Assembly: GCA_963721525.1 (NCBI GenBank)
Contig: CAVRJL010000008.1
Coordinates: 19,196 to 83,195 of the forward strand
From: an uncultured Negativicutes bacterium
GTDB lineage: Bacteria > Bacillota > Negativicutes > JBAXTZ01
Direction of reading: 5' to 3'
DNA length: 64,000 nucleotides
In this document: positions 36,737-45,944 of the stretch, one piece after another
How the letters are laid out: each line of letters starts with the position of its first letter
How positions within the stretch are numbered: position 1 is the first letter of the stretch
The notes under the pieces: generated by a model
Database searches by the model: none
Seen by the model: the letters and a program-made list of their open reading frames with translations, nothing else
Told to the model about the DNA's origin: nothing
Position numbers and translations under genes: made by a program

Positions 36737-36913
36737 TTATTTTTTGCTTATAAATATTTTTATACCATGCCGTATCGATTTGTAACAAATTTCACATAAA
36801 TCCATATCTGTTGTTTTATCACTATCATCACACATTCTTAAAGAGAAAACACTTTCACCGTCACAATCTATTTCAATATCTCTTCCACAGCAATCACATA
36901 TTATTTTTTTCAT
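36737..36913 (-). CDS. small Cys-rich protein (58 aa), missing from ORF track
   Basis: MKKIICDCCGRDIEIDCDGESVFSLRMCDDSDKTTDMDLCEICYKSIRHGIKIFISKK*; consensus promoter just upstream. Confidence 0.65.
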   Translation of the reverse strand: MKKIICDCCGRDIEIDCDGESVFSLRMCDDSDKTTDMDLCEICYKSIRHGIKIFISKK

Positions 36914-36933
36914 TCATTCTCCTATACAAAATT

Positions 36934-36962
36934 ATTATAGCAATCTTTTATTTTTTAGTCAA
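36934..36962 (-). promoter_or_regulatory. sigma70-type promoter upstream of fractured dnaE region
   Basis: TTGACT-17-TATAAT. Confidence 0.75.
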
Positions 36963-37015
36963 GCAATTTATCTAAGTCAACAACGGTAAAGATAATACAA
37001 AGGGAAAATCAGCAA

Positions 37016-38749
37016 ATGAAAGATTTCCGTAAATATTTAACAGAAGCAGATACAAGAGCAAGTACTTCTTTTTACAATTTCAAAGAAATAGGTTCCGCTC
37101 AAAATTATCAGCATGCTAAAAATGAACTTGAAAAGATAGCAAAAGACAAAGAACACGCCAAAGAATATATTGATGAGTTTAAGGGCGATATAAATGCCAT
37201 AAAAGATAAAGATATAAAATTTGCTATTGCTATAATCAGTCATAAAGCAAATGTGAAAGAAGACCAAGCTAAACCATCAGATAGCGTCCAAAGCGCTATA
37301 AGAAATAAAAATACACCCAAAGAAGCAGAAGAACTTCTTAATAGTATTGGTTTTAAACCTTTGGATAGCAAAGAAGCACAAACTCTTTATTCTTCGTTGC
37401 TGCCAGAAATAAAAACTCATCAAGAAAATAGAGAATCACAGCAAACAGAAAAGATTCCAGAAACTGCCAAAGAGCAACCTTCTGAAAAAGAATCAGATGA
37501 TGAAGAACCAGAAGAAGATAATGGTGAAGATTCAAAGGAAGATTCAGAGGAAGAGCCAGAAAAGGATAATACGGAAGAAGAGAAACCTTCTGAAGAAACC
37601 CCGCCTGAACGTTATGCTGGCAAAGACCCTAGTGAAATAGCTTCAAAAATAGAAGCCCTAGCAAAAGAAGAAAACGAAAAATTAAGAACTAAATCAAAAG
37701 AAAATCCCCGTTCCCAAAGAATATATGCTGCCGCTCAAAATGAGCTTGATGCCAAACTTCGTAAATATGCTGAAAGAGCTGAAAAGCAACAAAGTAGATT
37801 TTCGGTTCATCCAACTCCACTATCAAAGCAAAGAGCTCTTACTAATGCTCAAATAGCTTATAACTACGCCCAGAGCGAAGTTAGAATGGTAAACAATAAG
37901 TATCTTCGTAAAGAACTTGGTTCTACCGCTTCTAATATGGCTAAATCAGTCGCTGGCGCCTTAAAGAATGCCAAAGAAAATGTAAAAGGAAAGATAGAAA
38001 ACTCACGAGCTATACAAAATACTTCTGATTTAGTAAAAAGAGGAATTCAAGCCGCAGCAGAAGGTGTTAAATCTGGTTATGCTAAAACCAAGGAAGGCGT
38101 TGAACGTGGAGTTCAAAATGTAATAGACACACACGATGCCAAAGTTGCTTCTGCTAAAACTAATCCTATTGAAAAATCTCACTCTACTCTAAATAAAGCC
38201 GTTCAGGATATTATTGGAAAGTATCAGGCTGTTCCAGCACCGGTTCAAACTACCCAAGCACAAAACAACGTTCAGGATACTACTGACGGTCAAGCAGTTA
38301 CGCAACCAGTTGCTCTTGCTCAACCTGTTCCTACTCCACAACCAGCACCGGCCCCACAACCAGTAGCACAAGTTCAAACTTCTGTTCCACGAGTAGTAAA
38401 GGCAGTAAAGAAGCCAGTTCCAGCTAAAGAAGCAGACACAAAGGCAAAACGTGCTCCAAGAACATTTACTGTTGAAAAGAAAGCAGAAGAGCCAGAAAAA
38501 AAAGAAAAGAAAAAAGTTGCTCCAAATAAACAACTTCATTTTACTGAAAAAAGCTTTAATCAAAAGAAAAATAAGCTAACTCCAGAACAAGTGTTAGAAA
38601 GAAAACGAGCTGGTGCTAAAAAAGCTGCTGAAGCTAAAAAGAAAACTCCTGAAGATAAAAGTCAAGGTATGTTGAATTTTAGTGCTTCGGTAGATACTTC
38701 ATCAAAAAGTATTTCCAAAAATATACGCAATAGAATAAGGGGCAAATAA
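37016..38749 (+). CDS. low-complexity Pro/Glu/Lys-rich protein, possibly head-associated
   Basis: 577-aa ORF; N-terminus MKDFRKYLTEA resembles T4 capsid-targeting peptide. Confidence 0.65.
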   Translation: MKDFRKYLTEADTRASTSFYNFKEIGSAQNYQHAKNELEKIAKDKEHAKEYIDEFKGDINAIKDKDIKFAIAIISHKANVKEDQAKPSDSVQSAIRNKNTPKEAEELLNSIGFKPLDSKEAQTLYSSLLPEIKTHQENRESQQTEKIPETAKEQPSEKESDDEEPEEDNGEDSKEDSEEEPEKDNTEEEKPSEETPPERYAGKDPSEIASKIEALAKEENEKLRTKSKENPRSQRIYAAAQNELDAKLRKYAERAEKQQSRFSVHPTPLSKQRALTNAQIAYNYAQSEVRMVNNKYLRKELGSTASNMAKSVAGALKNAKENVKGKIENSRAIQNTSDLVKRGIQAAAEGVKSGYAKTKEGVERGVQNVIDTHDAKVASAKTNPIEKSHSTLNKAVQDIIGKYQAVPAPVQTTQAQNNVQDTTDGQAVTQPVALAQPVPTPQPAPAPQPVAQVQTSVPRVVKAVKKPVPAKEADTKAKRAPRTFTVEKKAEEPEKKEKKKVAPNKQLHFTEKSFNQKKNKLTPEQVLERKRAGAKKAAEAKKKTPEDKSQGMLNFSASVDTSSKSISKNIRNRIRGK

Positions 38750-38777
38750 AATTAATAATGACATAATTTCCAACATA

Positions 38778-39206
38778 ATGAAACTTGCTGGTGTATTAAA
38801 TAGTGCTGATGTGAAAGCACTTATCCCTCAAATAAGTAGTTTAGCCGCGCAAAAAGCACAGCAAGAACAAGCTACTCAGCAAACAGCTCAACAAGCACAA
38901 GTAAAGCAACAGCAAGTTCCAGTTGCGCCGATTCAGCAACCAGTAGCACAAGTTCCAGTAGCTCCCGCTCCTATTCAAGCATCAGTTGATACTTCTGGTA
39001 AGTATGGCGCTATGCGAAGAGTAAAAAACAATATACAAGAAGGTTTTATACAAAATTATAAAATAGGAAAAGATTTTGTAAAAAAACTAAAAAAGCAAGG
39101 GGTTGACTTCTCTGATAATGGAGAGTTAATGTCAGCCATAAAGAAAGAACATCCAGAATGGTCTATTTCTGATATAATGGAAATAGTAAAAAAAATTAAA
39201 AACTAA
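38778..39206 (+). CDS. hypothetical Gln/Pro-rich protein
   Basis: 142-aa ORF; shares low-complexity composition with upstream gene. Confidence 0.6.
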   Translation: MKLAGVLNSADVKALIPQISSLAAQKAQQEQATQQTAQQAQVKQQQVPVAPIQQPVAQVPVAPAPIQASVDTSGKYGAMRRVKNNIQEGFIQNYKIGKDFVKKLKKQGVDFSDNGELMSAIKKEHPEWSISDIMEIVKKIKN

Positions 39207-41305
39207 ATAATTTTACTAAATCCATTTTCGTTTTCTATGTTTATTATATCATCAAAACTATCTTTGATAGCATCTTGATGGGATATAATAAATATTGAAG
39301 AGCTATCCATACCTTTTATTACTTCTACTACTGAATTGAAACCTTCTTCGTCAAGATTTTGATCTAAAATTTCATCAAAAACAAGTAAGTTAGTATCGGA
39401 CGAAAAGAATGTTTTACTTAGAGCATGTAATGCGAATGCTGTGGCAATTTCAATACGAGTTTTACCACCAGCAGAAAATGACTTGAAATTTACTTCTCTA
39501 TCATCATAATTAATTGTCTCATTCAAATCTTTATCAAACTCAACTTTTATTTCTTTGTTGAAGAAAAATGGTAAATAGAAGTTGATACTCTCATTGAAGA
39601 AACCTATCATCTTACCAATAAAATACTTTTTAAAACCAGCTTCTTTATTAGAAAATAACACTGAAAATATATCATAGTATTTCTTCTCATCGTTTATTTC
39701 TTTTACTTCTTTTTCTTCAATTGAAAGAATAGATTGAATAGATTTCATTCTTTCTTCGTGTTGTTCTACAAATGTTTTATCATATACATTTTTAGCAGTT
39801 TCATCAATAACATTTATTCTGTTAGTATGCTCTTGAATAAACTTATTTATTGTTTCTTTTCTACTAGAAAGATTAGTAAGAAATTTTCTATCATATTTGG
39901 AAGCATCTACATCAAACAATTCTCTTCTTAATAAAGAAATAGATTGTGAGGTATTTATATTTGTTCTTTCACTTTCTTCTACTCTTGTTTTTAATATAGA
40001 TAGTTCATTGTTTAAAGTATTGAATTTTTCATAAGCACTGGATAATTGTTCTCTTGTATAATATGGAACACTTATTTGTTCTTTTAATAAGTTTATTTTT
40101 TCTGATATTATTCTGTTTTTTTCTTTATTTTTCTTTATGGTATCTTCTAGCATAGGAATAAAATCAGAAATTTCTTTTATTTCTTTGGAGTAATTTTTTC
40201 GTAACTCTTCTTTTATGGCATCTTTTATTTCTTGATGGCATACAGGGCATTCTGATTTATCATCTATATTTTCTAAAAATTTAGTTTGCTGCTGTAATTT
40301 TTGTTTATTCTCTTCTAACTGTATTTCCTCTGGCCCTTCATAAGCTTTTGAGTATTCTAATTCTTTTATTTTATTATTTAAATCTTCATATTTATTTATT
40401 ATATTAGTTTCTTTATTTATATCAATAGATTTTAATTTCTCTATTTTTTCTAGTAAGTTCATTATTTGAACTTCCATGGTAGAGACATCAATGAGTTTTT
40501 GTTTTTCTGCGTTTATTCTTTGAGTAGTGATAGCATTCTTTTCTAACTTCTCTACGTTAGAGAGTTCATTAGAAACATCTATTTTATCTATTTCTTTTAT
40601 ATCATTATTTAACGTTTCAATAGCAAGTAATAATTCAGAACGTTCTGTTTTTAAAGCTGTAAGAGTTGATTTTGCTTTTTCTTTATATTGTTCTATTGTT
40701 TGCTTTATAGTTTCAATACCAACAGTTGCTTTACCTATTTTCTCTTTATGAATAAATAAATTTTCATCAAGTTCTGCTATTATACCTTTTACTTTATCAT
40801 AATAAGTTCCTATTTCTCTCAAAGAGAGAACGCTTTCTAACACTTTTAATCTATCTGCCCTTGAAGAACGAAGAAATGATGAATATAATTCTGATGAAAA
40901 CAAAATTGAGTTAGTGAGAGCAATAAATGGAACTTGAATTATATCAAGAATAAGATTTTGTGTATCTGCCATGTTCTTCATTGATAAATTCTTATCACCT
41001 TGAAAAATATAAAGAGCATTACCGTGAATTTCATGAGCCCTATATCTATAGATAGTATAAAGGGCTTCTTGTATCTCTAATTCAACTGAAACTTTACAAT
41101 TTTTATTAGTATTCCAATTTATAACGTCATCAACATTTTCTTGTAAAGATTTTCCATAAAGACACCAAAGAATGGCTTCAAACATAGAGGAATTATGACT
41201 AAGTATTCCATTAGAAAAATATCTTTTTACTTCATTTACTTGTATATCATAACATGTCTCTTTTTTTTCTAATTTATGTATAGATTTTATTTTTGATAAT
41301 ATCAA
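39203..41305 (-). CDS. C-intein + SbcC/gp46-like exonuclease subunit C-terminal part (fractured gene, part 2)
   Basis: YFSNGILSHN | SSMFEAILWCLYGKS..; coiled coil with CPVCHQEI zinc hook; KSFSAGGKTRIEIATAFAL signature; NLLVFDEILDQNLD Walker B. Confidence 0.92.
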   Translation of the reverse strand: MILSKIKSIHKLEKKETCYDIQVNEVKRYFSNGILSHNSSMFEAILWCLYGKSLQENVDDVINWNTNKNCKVSVELEIQEALYTIYRYRAHEIHGNALYIFQGDKNLSMKNMADTQNLILDIIQVPFIALTNSILFSSELYSSFLRSSRADRLKVLESVLSLREIGTYYDKVKGIIAELDENLFIHKEKIGKATVGIETIKQTIEQYKEKAKSTLTALKTERSELLLAIETLNNDIKEIDKIDVSNELSNVEKLEKNAITTQRINAEKQKLIDVSTMEVQIMNLLEKIEKLKSIDINKETNIINKYEDLNNKIKELEYSKAYEGPEEIQLEENKQKLQQQTKFLENIDDKSECPVCHQEIKDAIKEELRKNYSKEIKEISDFIPMLEDTIKKNKEKNRIISEKINLLKEQISVPYYTREQLSSAYEKFNTLNNELSILKTRVEESERTNINTSQSISLLRRELFDVDASKYDRKFLTNLSSRKETINKFIQEHTNRINVIDETAKNVYDKTFVEQHEERMKSIQSILSIEEKEVKEINDEKKYYDIFSVLFSNKEAGFKKYFIGKMIGFFNESINFYLPFFFNKEIKVEFDKDLNETINYDDREVNFKSFSAGGKTRIEIATAFALHALSKTFFSSDTNLLVFDEILDQNLDEEGFNSVVEVIKGMDSSSIFIISHQDAIKDSFDDIINIENENGFSKII
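41192..41305 (-). other. C-intein fragment (38 aa), S+1 extein
   Basis: MILSKIKSIHKLEKKETCYDIQVNEVKRYFSNGILSHN. Confidence 0.9.
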
Positions 41306-42290
41306 AAGTTATCTCCTTGTTATTATTGAAAATAAACAATAGATATCCATTATATCCATTATTTTTAGCATACTCTTCTGCTGCTCTTCTTTTACACATA
41401 TTTGTTTCTATTTGTAATTTCCAAAAATAAGAACTTTTTACCTCTATCAAGTAGTTATTCAAAACAAAATCTATAAAATATATTTTTACTTTGTTATCAT
41501 AAGTGTCAAAATATTCTATATTAGGACCCCTATCTATATTTAAATTATTATCCAAAACCTCTAATAAAAACTTTTTTTCATATGAACTTTCAACATAAAT
41601 ATTGCCTATTGTTTCTTTTTTGAAATAACCACTTCCGTGATAATTTTTTTTGGTTCTTTCTAATATTTCTTCTTTTGTCAATCTATCCCAAAATTCTTTT
41701 GAAACTTTTCCAAGAAACTTTGTCTTTTCTTTTTTTTGTTCGTCAGTAAAGTAGTTCCAACCATTTCTTTTTATATTTATTTCTTTTTGTTCTTCTTTCG
41801 GTCTGCTGTGAAAAGTATTTGCTTTTTTTATTGCTATTTCTTTTTTCTTTTCTTCTGATAACGATAATATCAAATTTCTTTGTGTAGTTTTATTTGTTTC
41901 TATTCTTCTTTTACTATACTGTTCTCTCAATAAACTAAATCTACCATTTTTCCAACTTTCTGTTCTTATATCTCCCATAATAGTTTTGTTTAGTTTTTTT
42001 AGATTTCTACTTCTTGAACAGTAAGAACAAACATTTTTATTTTCATCTTTTTTCCTTACATAATAAGAAAAGGCTACATCAAATTTACAACCACATACCA
42101 AACATTCAATTGTTATTTTTCCACATTTAGAAAATAGTGGTTGTTTAAGTTTATCAATCCAAAGTCCATCACAAAAATCTACAATAGATAAATCATCAAT
42201 AGTTATTCCAAGCTGATTTATTTGTCTAATAAAAAATCTTCTTTTTGTATTTTTATCTTCAATATATTTAGTAAGCTCTTCGTTAGTCAT
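41274..42290 (-). CDS. free-standing homing endonuclease inside the fractured SbcC intein
   Basis: zinc-ribbon-like CLVCGCKF..CSYCSR; YFIDFVLNNYLIEVKS nuclease-like core; located exactly between N- and C-intein ORFs. Confidence 0.75.
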   Translation of the reverse strand: MTNEELTKYIEDKNTKRRFFIRQINQLGITIDDLSIVDFCDGLWIDKLKQPLFSKCGKITIECLVCGCKFDVAFSYYVRKKDENKNVCSYCSRSRNLKKLNKTIMGDIRTESWKNGRFSLLREQYSKRRIETNKTTQRNLILSLSEEKKKEIAIKKANTFHSRPKEEQKEINIKRNGWNYFTDEQKKEKTKFLGKVSKEFWDRLTKEEILERTKKNYHGSGYFKKETIGNIYVESSYEKKFLLEVLDNNLNIDRGPNIEYFDTYDNKVKIYFIDFVLNNYLIEVKSSYFWKLQIETNMCKRRAAEEYAKNNGYNGYLLFIFNNNKEITFDIIKNKIYT

Positions 42291-42308
42291 AGTAAAAAAT
42301 GGTTCCTT

Positions 42309-42635
42309 TTATTTATCATTCTTTACCTTTGCGTCATCACAAACTATCTCATCACTATTACTCAAATCTCTTACAAATACCCATCCTCTTTGCGTCATAA
42401 CTCTATGTTCCCCAGAACATTTCATTTTTTTTCCATTTTCTAATTCAAATTCATACATATCTTGTTCTTCTGTAATGAACATTCCTTCTATAAGTTTCCA
42501 ACCTTCATCTGTTTTTACGTGAATTTTGTCTTCAATCAAGTAAATATCATTAGGTAATCCATCTTCTGGAAATAAACTCCCTATTTCTATTATTCCAAAT
42601 TCTTTTGTTTCTATCAGCGTATTTTTAGAAACGCA
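42309..42635 (-). other. N-intein fragment (108 aa)
   Basis: Cys1 after Walker A; block B ENGKKMKCSGEHRVMT. Confidence 0.88.
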
Positions 42636-42752
42636 TTTACCAATCATATTCTTACCAGACACAAGACGTATTCCTGTATGGTCCAGATTTAAAGTTTGTT
42701 CTTCATCACCATATGACTTGAAATTTTTCAATGAAATTTTTCTAAATACCAA
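42309..42752 (-). CDS. SbcC/gp46-like N-terminal part + N-intein (fractured gene, part 1)
   Basis: ISLKNFKSYGDEEQTLNLDHTGIRLVSGKNMIGK | CVSKNTLIET..GKKMKCSGEHRVMT. Confidence 0.92.
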   Translation of the reverse strand: MVFRKISLKNFKSYGDEEQTLNLDHTGIRLVSGKNMIGKCVSKNTLIETKEFGIIEIGSLFPEDGLPNDIYLIEDKIHVKTDEGWKLIEGMFITEEQDMYEFELENGKKMKCSGEHRVMTQRGWVFVRDLSNSDEIVCDDAKVKNDK

Positions 42753-42761
42753 TTACTTCTC

Positions 42762-42995
42762 CTAAATTCCCATCATTTTTAAAAAACCAAGTATTACAAC
42801 TACAGCACCGATAGTATAAATAATTATCATTATAGAGTAACAAATAATTTTCTTTATTTTATCAAGTTTTGGATTTTTTATATTTTTACAATTATGAGCG
42901 TCTCCAGAAATGAACTCTATCCATCGGCCAACTAAACCTATATCATCTCCACATTGCTGACATTGAGACCATTTATATTTTTGTAAATTATTCAT
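42762..42995 (-). CDS. small membrane protein with CxxC
   Basis: CQQCGDDIG and C-terminal transmembrane helix. Confidence 0.5.
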   Translation of the reverse strand: MNNLQKYKWSQCQQCGDDIGLVGRWIEFISGDAHNCKNIKNPKLDKIKKIICYSIMIIIYTIGAVVVILGFLKMMGI

Positions 42996-43150
42996 TTTTC
43001 CACTTTTAACAATAAAAGATTATATGTAATTAATGATAAAGCTAACCCTGATAAAACTATTCCAGCCGTTGGAAATCCAATAATACTTGTTATTACTCCA
43101 GTCAAAGCCATTACAATAGATGTAATACTTCTTGCTAATTTCTCTGTCAT
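42992..43150 (-). CDS. small membrane protein (52 aa), missing from ORF track
   Basis: MTEKLARSITSIVMALTGVITSIIGFPTAGIVLSGLALSLITYNLLLLKVEK*; ATGA overlaps with both neighbours. Confidence 0.65.
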   Translation of the reverse strand: MTEKLARSITSIVMALTGVITSIIGFPTAGIVLSGLALSLITYNLLLLKVEK

Positions 43151-44109
43151 TTTATTTCCTCCACTAACTTGTCAAATCTTTTTATTAATTCTTTATTTTC
43201 AACACCTTCAATTTTCACTTCATTTAAATATTGTTTAATGATAGTTGAAATGCTGCCACTTCCATCAAGTTTTACATCTTGTAAGGAAACTTCTTCTGCT
43301 TCTTTTTCAAATAATGGTCTTACTTCTATGGCGCCACGAGAGTATAAAAGGTGACGTAGTTTTACAAAATTTTCTACTTTCTTGTTAATTTTCACTTGAA
43401 CGAAAGTATTTTTATATTCATACTTATCGAAATCTTCTATATTTATAGTAAGATGTTTTGGAGCATTAGTATAGGGAACAAATTTACTCTTTCCTTCATT
43501 TATAACTAAAAATCCCTTTTCTTGTCCTTCTTCTCCAAAGTTTTTTTCATAAGGAGAACCAGCATAAACTATATTACCGTTTTTCTGATGTCTGTGAAAA
43601 TGCCCCGACGCAACCAAATTATAATTAGAAAAATCTTCTGGGGAAAATCCATCATCAACATTAGTAAAACCATTATCAAATTGAAAAGAAGTTATTGGCA
43701 AATGTGTAAGCAAAGTTTTATTACGATTTGGAATTTTGGATTTGTCTTTTGTATATGATAATAAATCGAAATAATCATTTTCTATTTCCAAAGAACAACT
43801 ATCTTTTATTACTCTTCCAAAAGGAGAAAAAGTTTCAACTATACTATCATTACTATCGTTCCATATATCATGATTCCCTAAAAGGAAAATAAGTTCAAAT
43901 CCTTCTTTTTTCATTTCTATAAATTTCATAAATAATGGAACAAATGCTTCATTATGAATTTTAGTAGCTTTTTCAAATATGTCCCCGTTTATGACAAGCG
44001 TTCGTAGAGAACGTTCTTTACAATACTGACATAAATAATTTAGATAATCAATTGTAATAGATATCCAAATACCTTTCTCTATATGAAAATCACCTGTAAA
44101 AACAATCAC
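43147..44109 (-). CDS. SbcD/gp47/Mre11-like exonuclease subunit
   Basis: FTGDFHIEKG, VINGDIFE, LLGNHDIW, VASGHFHRHQ, YAGSPYEKNFGEEGQEKGF. Confidence 0.92.
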   Translation of the reverse strand: MIVFTGDFHIEKGIWISITIDYLNYLCQYCKERSLRTLVINGDIFEKATKIHNEAFVPLFMKFIEMKKEGFELIFLLGNHDIWNDSNDSIVETFSPFGRVIKDSCSLEIENDYFDLLSYTKDKSKIPNRNKTLLTHLPITSFQFDNGFTNVDDGFSPEDFSNYNLVASGHFHRHQKNGNIVYAGSPYEKNFGEEGQEKGFLVINEGKSKFVPYTNAPKHLTINIEDFDKYEYKNTFVQVKINKKVENFVKLRHLLYSRGAIEVRPLFEKEAEEVSLQDVKLDGSGSISTIIKQYLNEVKIEGVENKELIKRFDKLVEEIK

Positions 44110-44111
44110 AC

Positions 44112-44354
44112 TTATTCCCTTCTTGGAGTTCCATCGCTATTTCTTTTTATTGGCGTATAATTACTGTTGCTTCCACCAATACTTCTGTCAAACAAGCATA
44201 AATCAATAGGACCTCTCATTATATCATCATATGACACTAAACAAGTACTTCGTCCTTCGTTCCCTTCATAGTGAATAATTACGGAAAGTCGTGAAACTTC
44301 TTTTATTATTTTTGCTGATTTACCATTAGTTAATCTTACTTTTTGTCCTATCAT
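44112..44354 (-). CDS. hypothetical protein
   Basis: 80-aa ORF in operon. Confidence 0.55.
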   Translation of the reverse strand: MIGQKVRLTNGKSAKIIKEVSRLSVIIHYEGNEGRSTCLVSYDDIMRGPIDLCLFDRSIGGSNSNYTPIKRNSDGTPRRE

Positions 44355-44484
44355 CTTTCATCCTTTTTTCTATATATTCTCTATATGACGCAATTTCCAT
44401 TACATCTTTATCTATATCACCAGTTAATAATGCGGCCACTTCACAATCTTCAAGATTAGGAATTGGTGAATTTGTATTAATCAT
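44326..44484 (-). CDS. hypothetical protein (52 aa), missing from ORF track
   Basis: MINTNSPIPNLEDCEVAALLTGDIDKDVMEIASYREYIEKRMKDDRTKSKIN*. Confidence 0.5.
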   Translation of the reverse strand: MINTNSPIPNLEDCEVAALLTGDIDKDVMEIASYREYIEKRMKDDRTKSKIN

Positions 44485-44751
44485 CTTTTACCCTTTTTTT
44501 ATGTATTATATTACCAAAACTATCATATTGTTCTACAACTATTCTTTCTCTTTTAGGTTTGATATCTTCTTTTATAAACTCTCTTGCTTTTTTTAAAGAA
44601 TAAAATGGTCCTGTACAAGCAAGACCTTGATGAACTTCAAAATACTCCCCATTATCAATTATTGTATATCCGATATCCTCTTCTTGAGGATATATTTCTG
44701 GAGCAGGGGTTTTGCTTTTTTGGAGTATTTTTTAAATGTTTCAAAAGACAT
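44477..44751 (-). pseudogene. small gene readable only with a -1 shift
   Basis: MSFETFKKYSKK.. in one frame, then SKTPAPEIYPQEEDIGYTIIDNGEYFEVHQGLACTGPFYSLKKAREFIKEDIKPKRERIVVEQYDSFGNIIHKKRVKDD* in -1 frame at an A6 run. Confidence 0.45.
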
Positions 44752-44774
44752 CTTTCATTTTCTGTCATATATTT

Positions 44775-44803
44775 ATTATACTATTTCTATAAAATCTTGT
44801 CAA
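44775..44803 (-). promoter_or_regulatory. sigma70-type promoter upstream of sbcDC region
   Basis: TTGACA-17-TATAAT, perfect consensus. Confidence 0.85.
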
Positions 44804-45287
44804 GCAATAATCCGGTTGGCAAGCAATCGTAAAGATTGTGTTTCTTTACAAGTTCAATATCTATTTTTCTTTTTATACATTTACTTATTTCTAATGGATA
44901 CATATTTTTCAAACTCCAACATTTTCTAAACTCTCCGTTTATTCCATTATAATGATAATAAGATTTTGGTATAATAAGAGCAATACCCCAAAATGAACCA
45001 TAGTTTTCCCAATTCATTTCGCTACTAAAATTATGCCCTAAATGAGTTTTTAAGTCAAGCAAAGTGAACCCCAAAACTCGCTCCCAAATATAACCAGAAC
45101 GATTTTTTCTAATGCTTCTAATGATTGATTGTTTTATATAGAAATCTATTTTTTTAGCATTACTACTTTTCTTGTATCCAGCTCTACGACACTCTTTACA
45201 TATCTTACTTAAACCGTCGTTCATTCCATTATTAACGCCAAAACAAGATAAATTTTTTTCTTGATAGCACTTAGAACAAGTTTTCAT
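44787..45287 (-). CDS. degenerate HNH-family protein
   Basis: CSKCYQEKNLSCF..CKECRR, ERVLGFTLLDLKTHLGHNF, then GIALIIPKSYY where HIDHIIPxS is expected. Confidence 0.6.
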   Translation of the reverse strand: MKTCSKCYQEKNLSCFGVNNGMNDGLSKICKECRRAGYKKSSNAKKIDFYIKQSIIRSIRKNRSGYIWERVLGFTLLDLKTHLGHNFSSEMNWENYGSFWGIALIIPKSYYHYNGINGEFRKCWSLKNMYPLEISKCIKRKIDIELVKKHNLYDCLPTGLLLDKIL

Positions 45288-45356
45288 TATCTCAAATCCT
45301 CTATATAGTTATTACCTTTATATAGATGAAGATAAATATGTTAAAGGAGATTATTT

Positions 45357-45893
45357 ATGGCATTAGTTTTATCAAGCTCACAAAGCTCAATATTGGAACC
45401 TGTAAGAAAAAATCGTTTTGTCATTCAATTTAAATCTGTTCCTGGTGGCGGAGATAGAGACCAACTTGCTTTTGTAGTTCATTCTACCAACGCACCAACG
45501 CTTACCTACACACAGACAGAGTATAACAGAATAAACGAGAAGTTCTACAATGCTGGTAAACCAACATGGAACGAACTCTCTATTAGTTTTTATGATTTTA
45601 TTCAAGGAACTAATTCGGCTGCGTCTATTATAGACAATTGGTCTCGTTCTATTTACAATCCAATTACTGGGCAGATGTTCTTCAAGAAACAATATTCAAC
45701 ATCAGCTACCCTGGCTCAACTTGACCCTGCTGGTGGAGTTATTAGAACGTGGAACTATTTTTACATTTGGCCCGCCACAGTAAATTATGGTGATGGATTA
45801 AGCGCTGATGAAGATGGGATTATTGACATCGCAGTAACTTTTAGATATGACCTTGCTGTTAAGGGAGTCGACGTTGATTCAACTCCAAGCTGA
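45357..45893 (+). CDS. T4 gp19-like tail tube protein
   Basis: RKNRFVIQFKS..AFVVHSTNAPTLT..WNELSISFYD..IDNWSRSIYNPITG..LDPAGGVIRTWNYFYIWPATVNYG..ITFRYDLA-like. Confidence 0.82.
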   Translation: MALVLSSSQSSILEPVRKNRFVIQFKSVPGGGDRDQLAFVVHSTNAPTLTYTQTEYNRINEKFYNAGKPTWNELSISFYDFIQGTNSAASIIDNWSRSIYNPITGQMFFKKQYSTSATLAQLDPAGGVIRTWNYFYIWPATVNYGDGLSADEDGIIDIAVTFRYDLAVKGVDVDSTPS

Positions 45894-45912
45894 TTTGTTT
45901 TAGTTTATTATC

Positions 45913-45944
45913 AAAAAAGGAACCTTAAATGGTTCCTTTTTTTT
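45913..45944. terminator. bidirectional terminator
   Basis: AAAAAAGGAACCTTAAATGGTTCCTTTTTTTT between convergent genes. Confidence 0.9.

Noticed and set aside
39203-42752. phage defence system or toxin-antitoxin interpretation of the SbcC-like ATPase with adjacent nuclease
   Set aside because: Intein halves and the neighbouring SbcD-like gene explain the layout better as gp46/gp47 recombination proteins plus a homing endonuclease.
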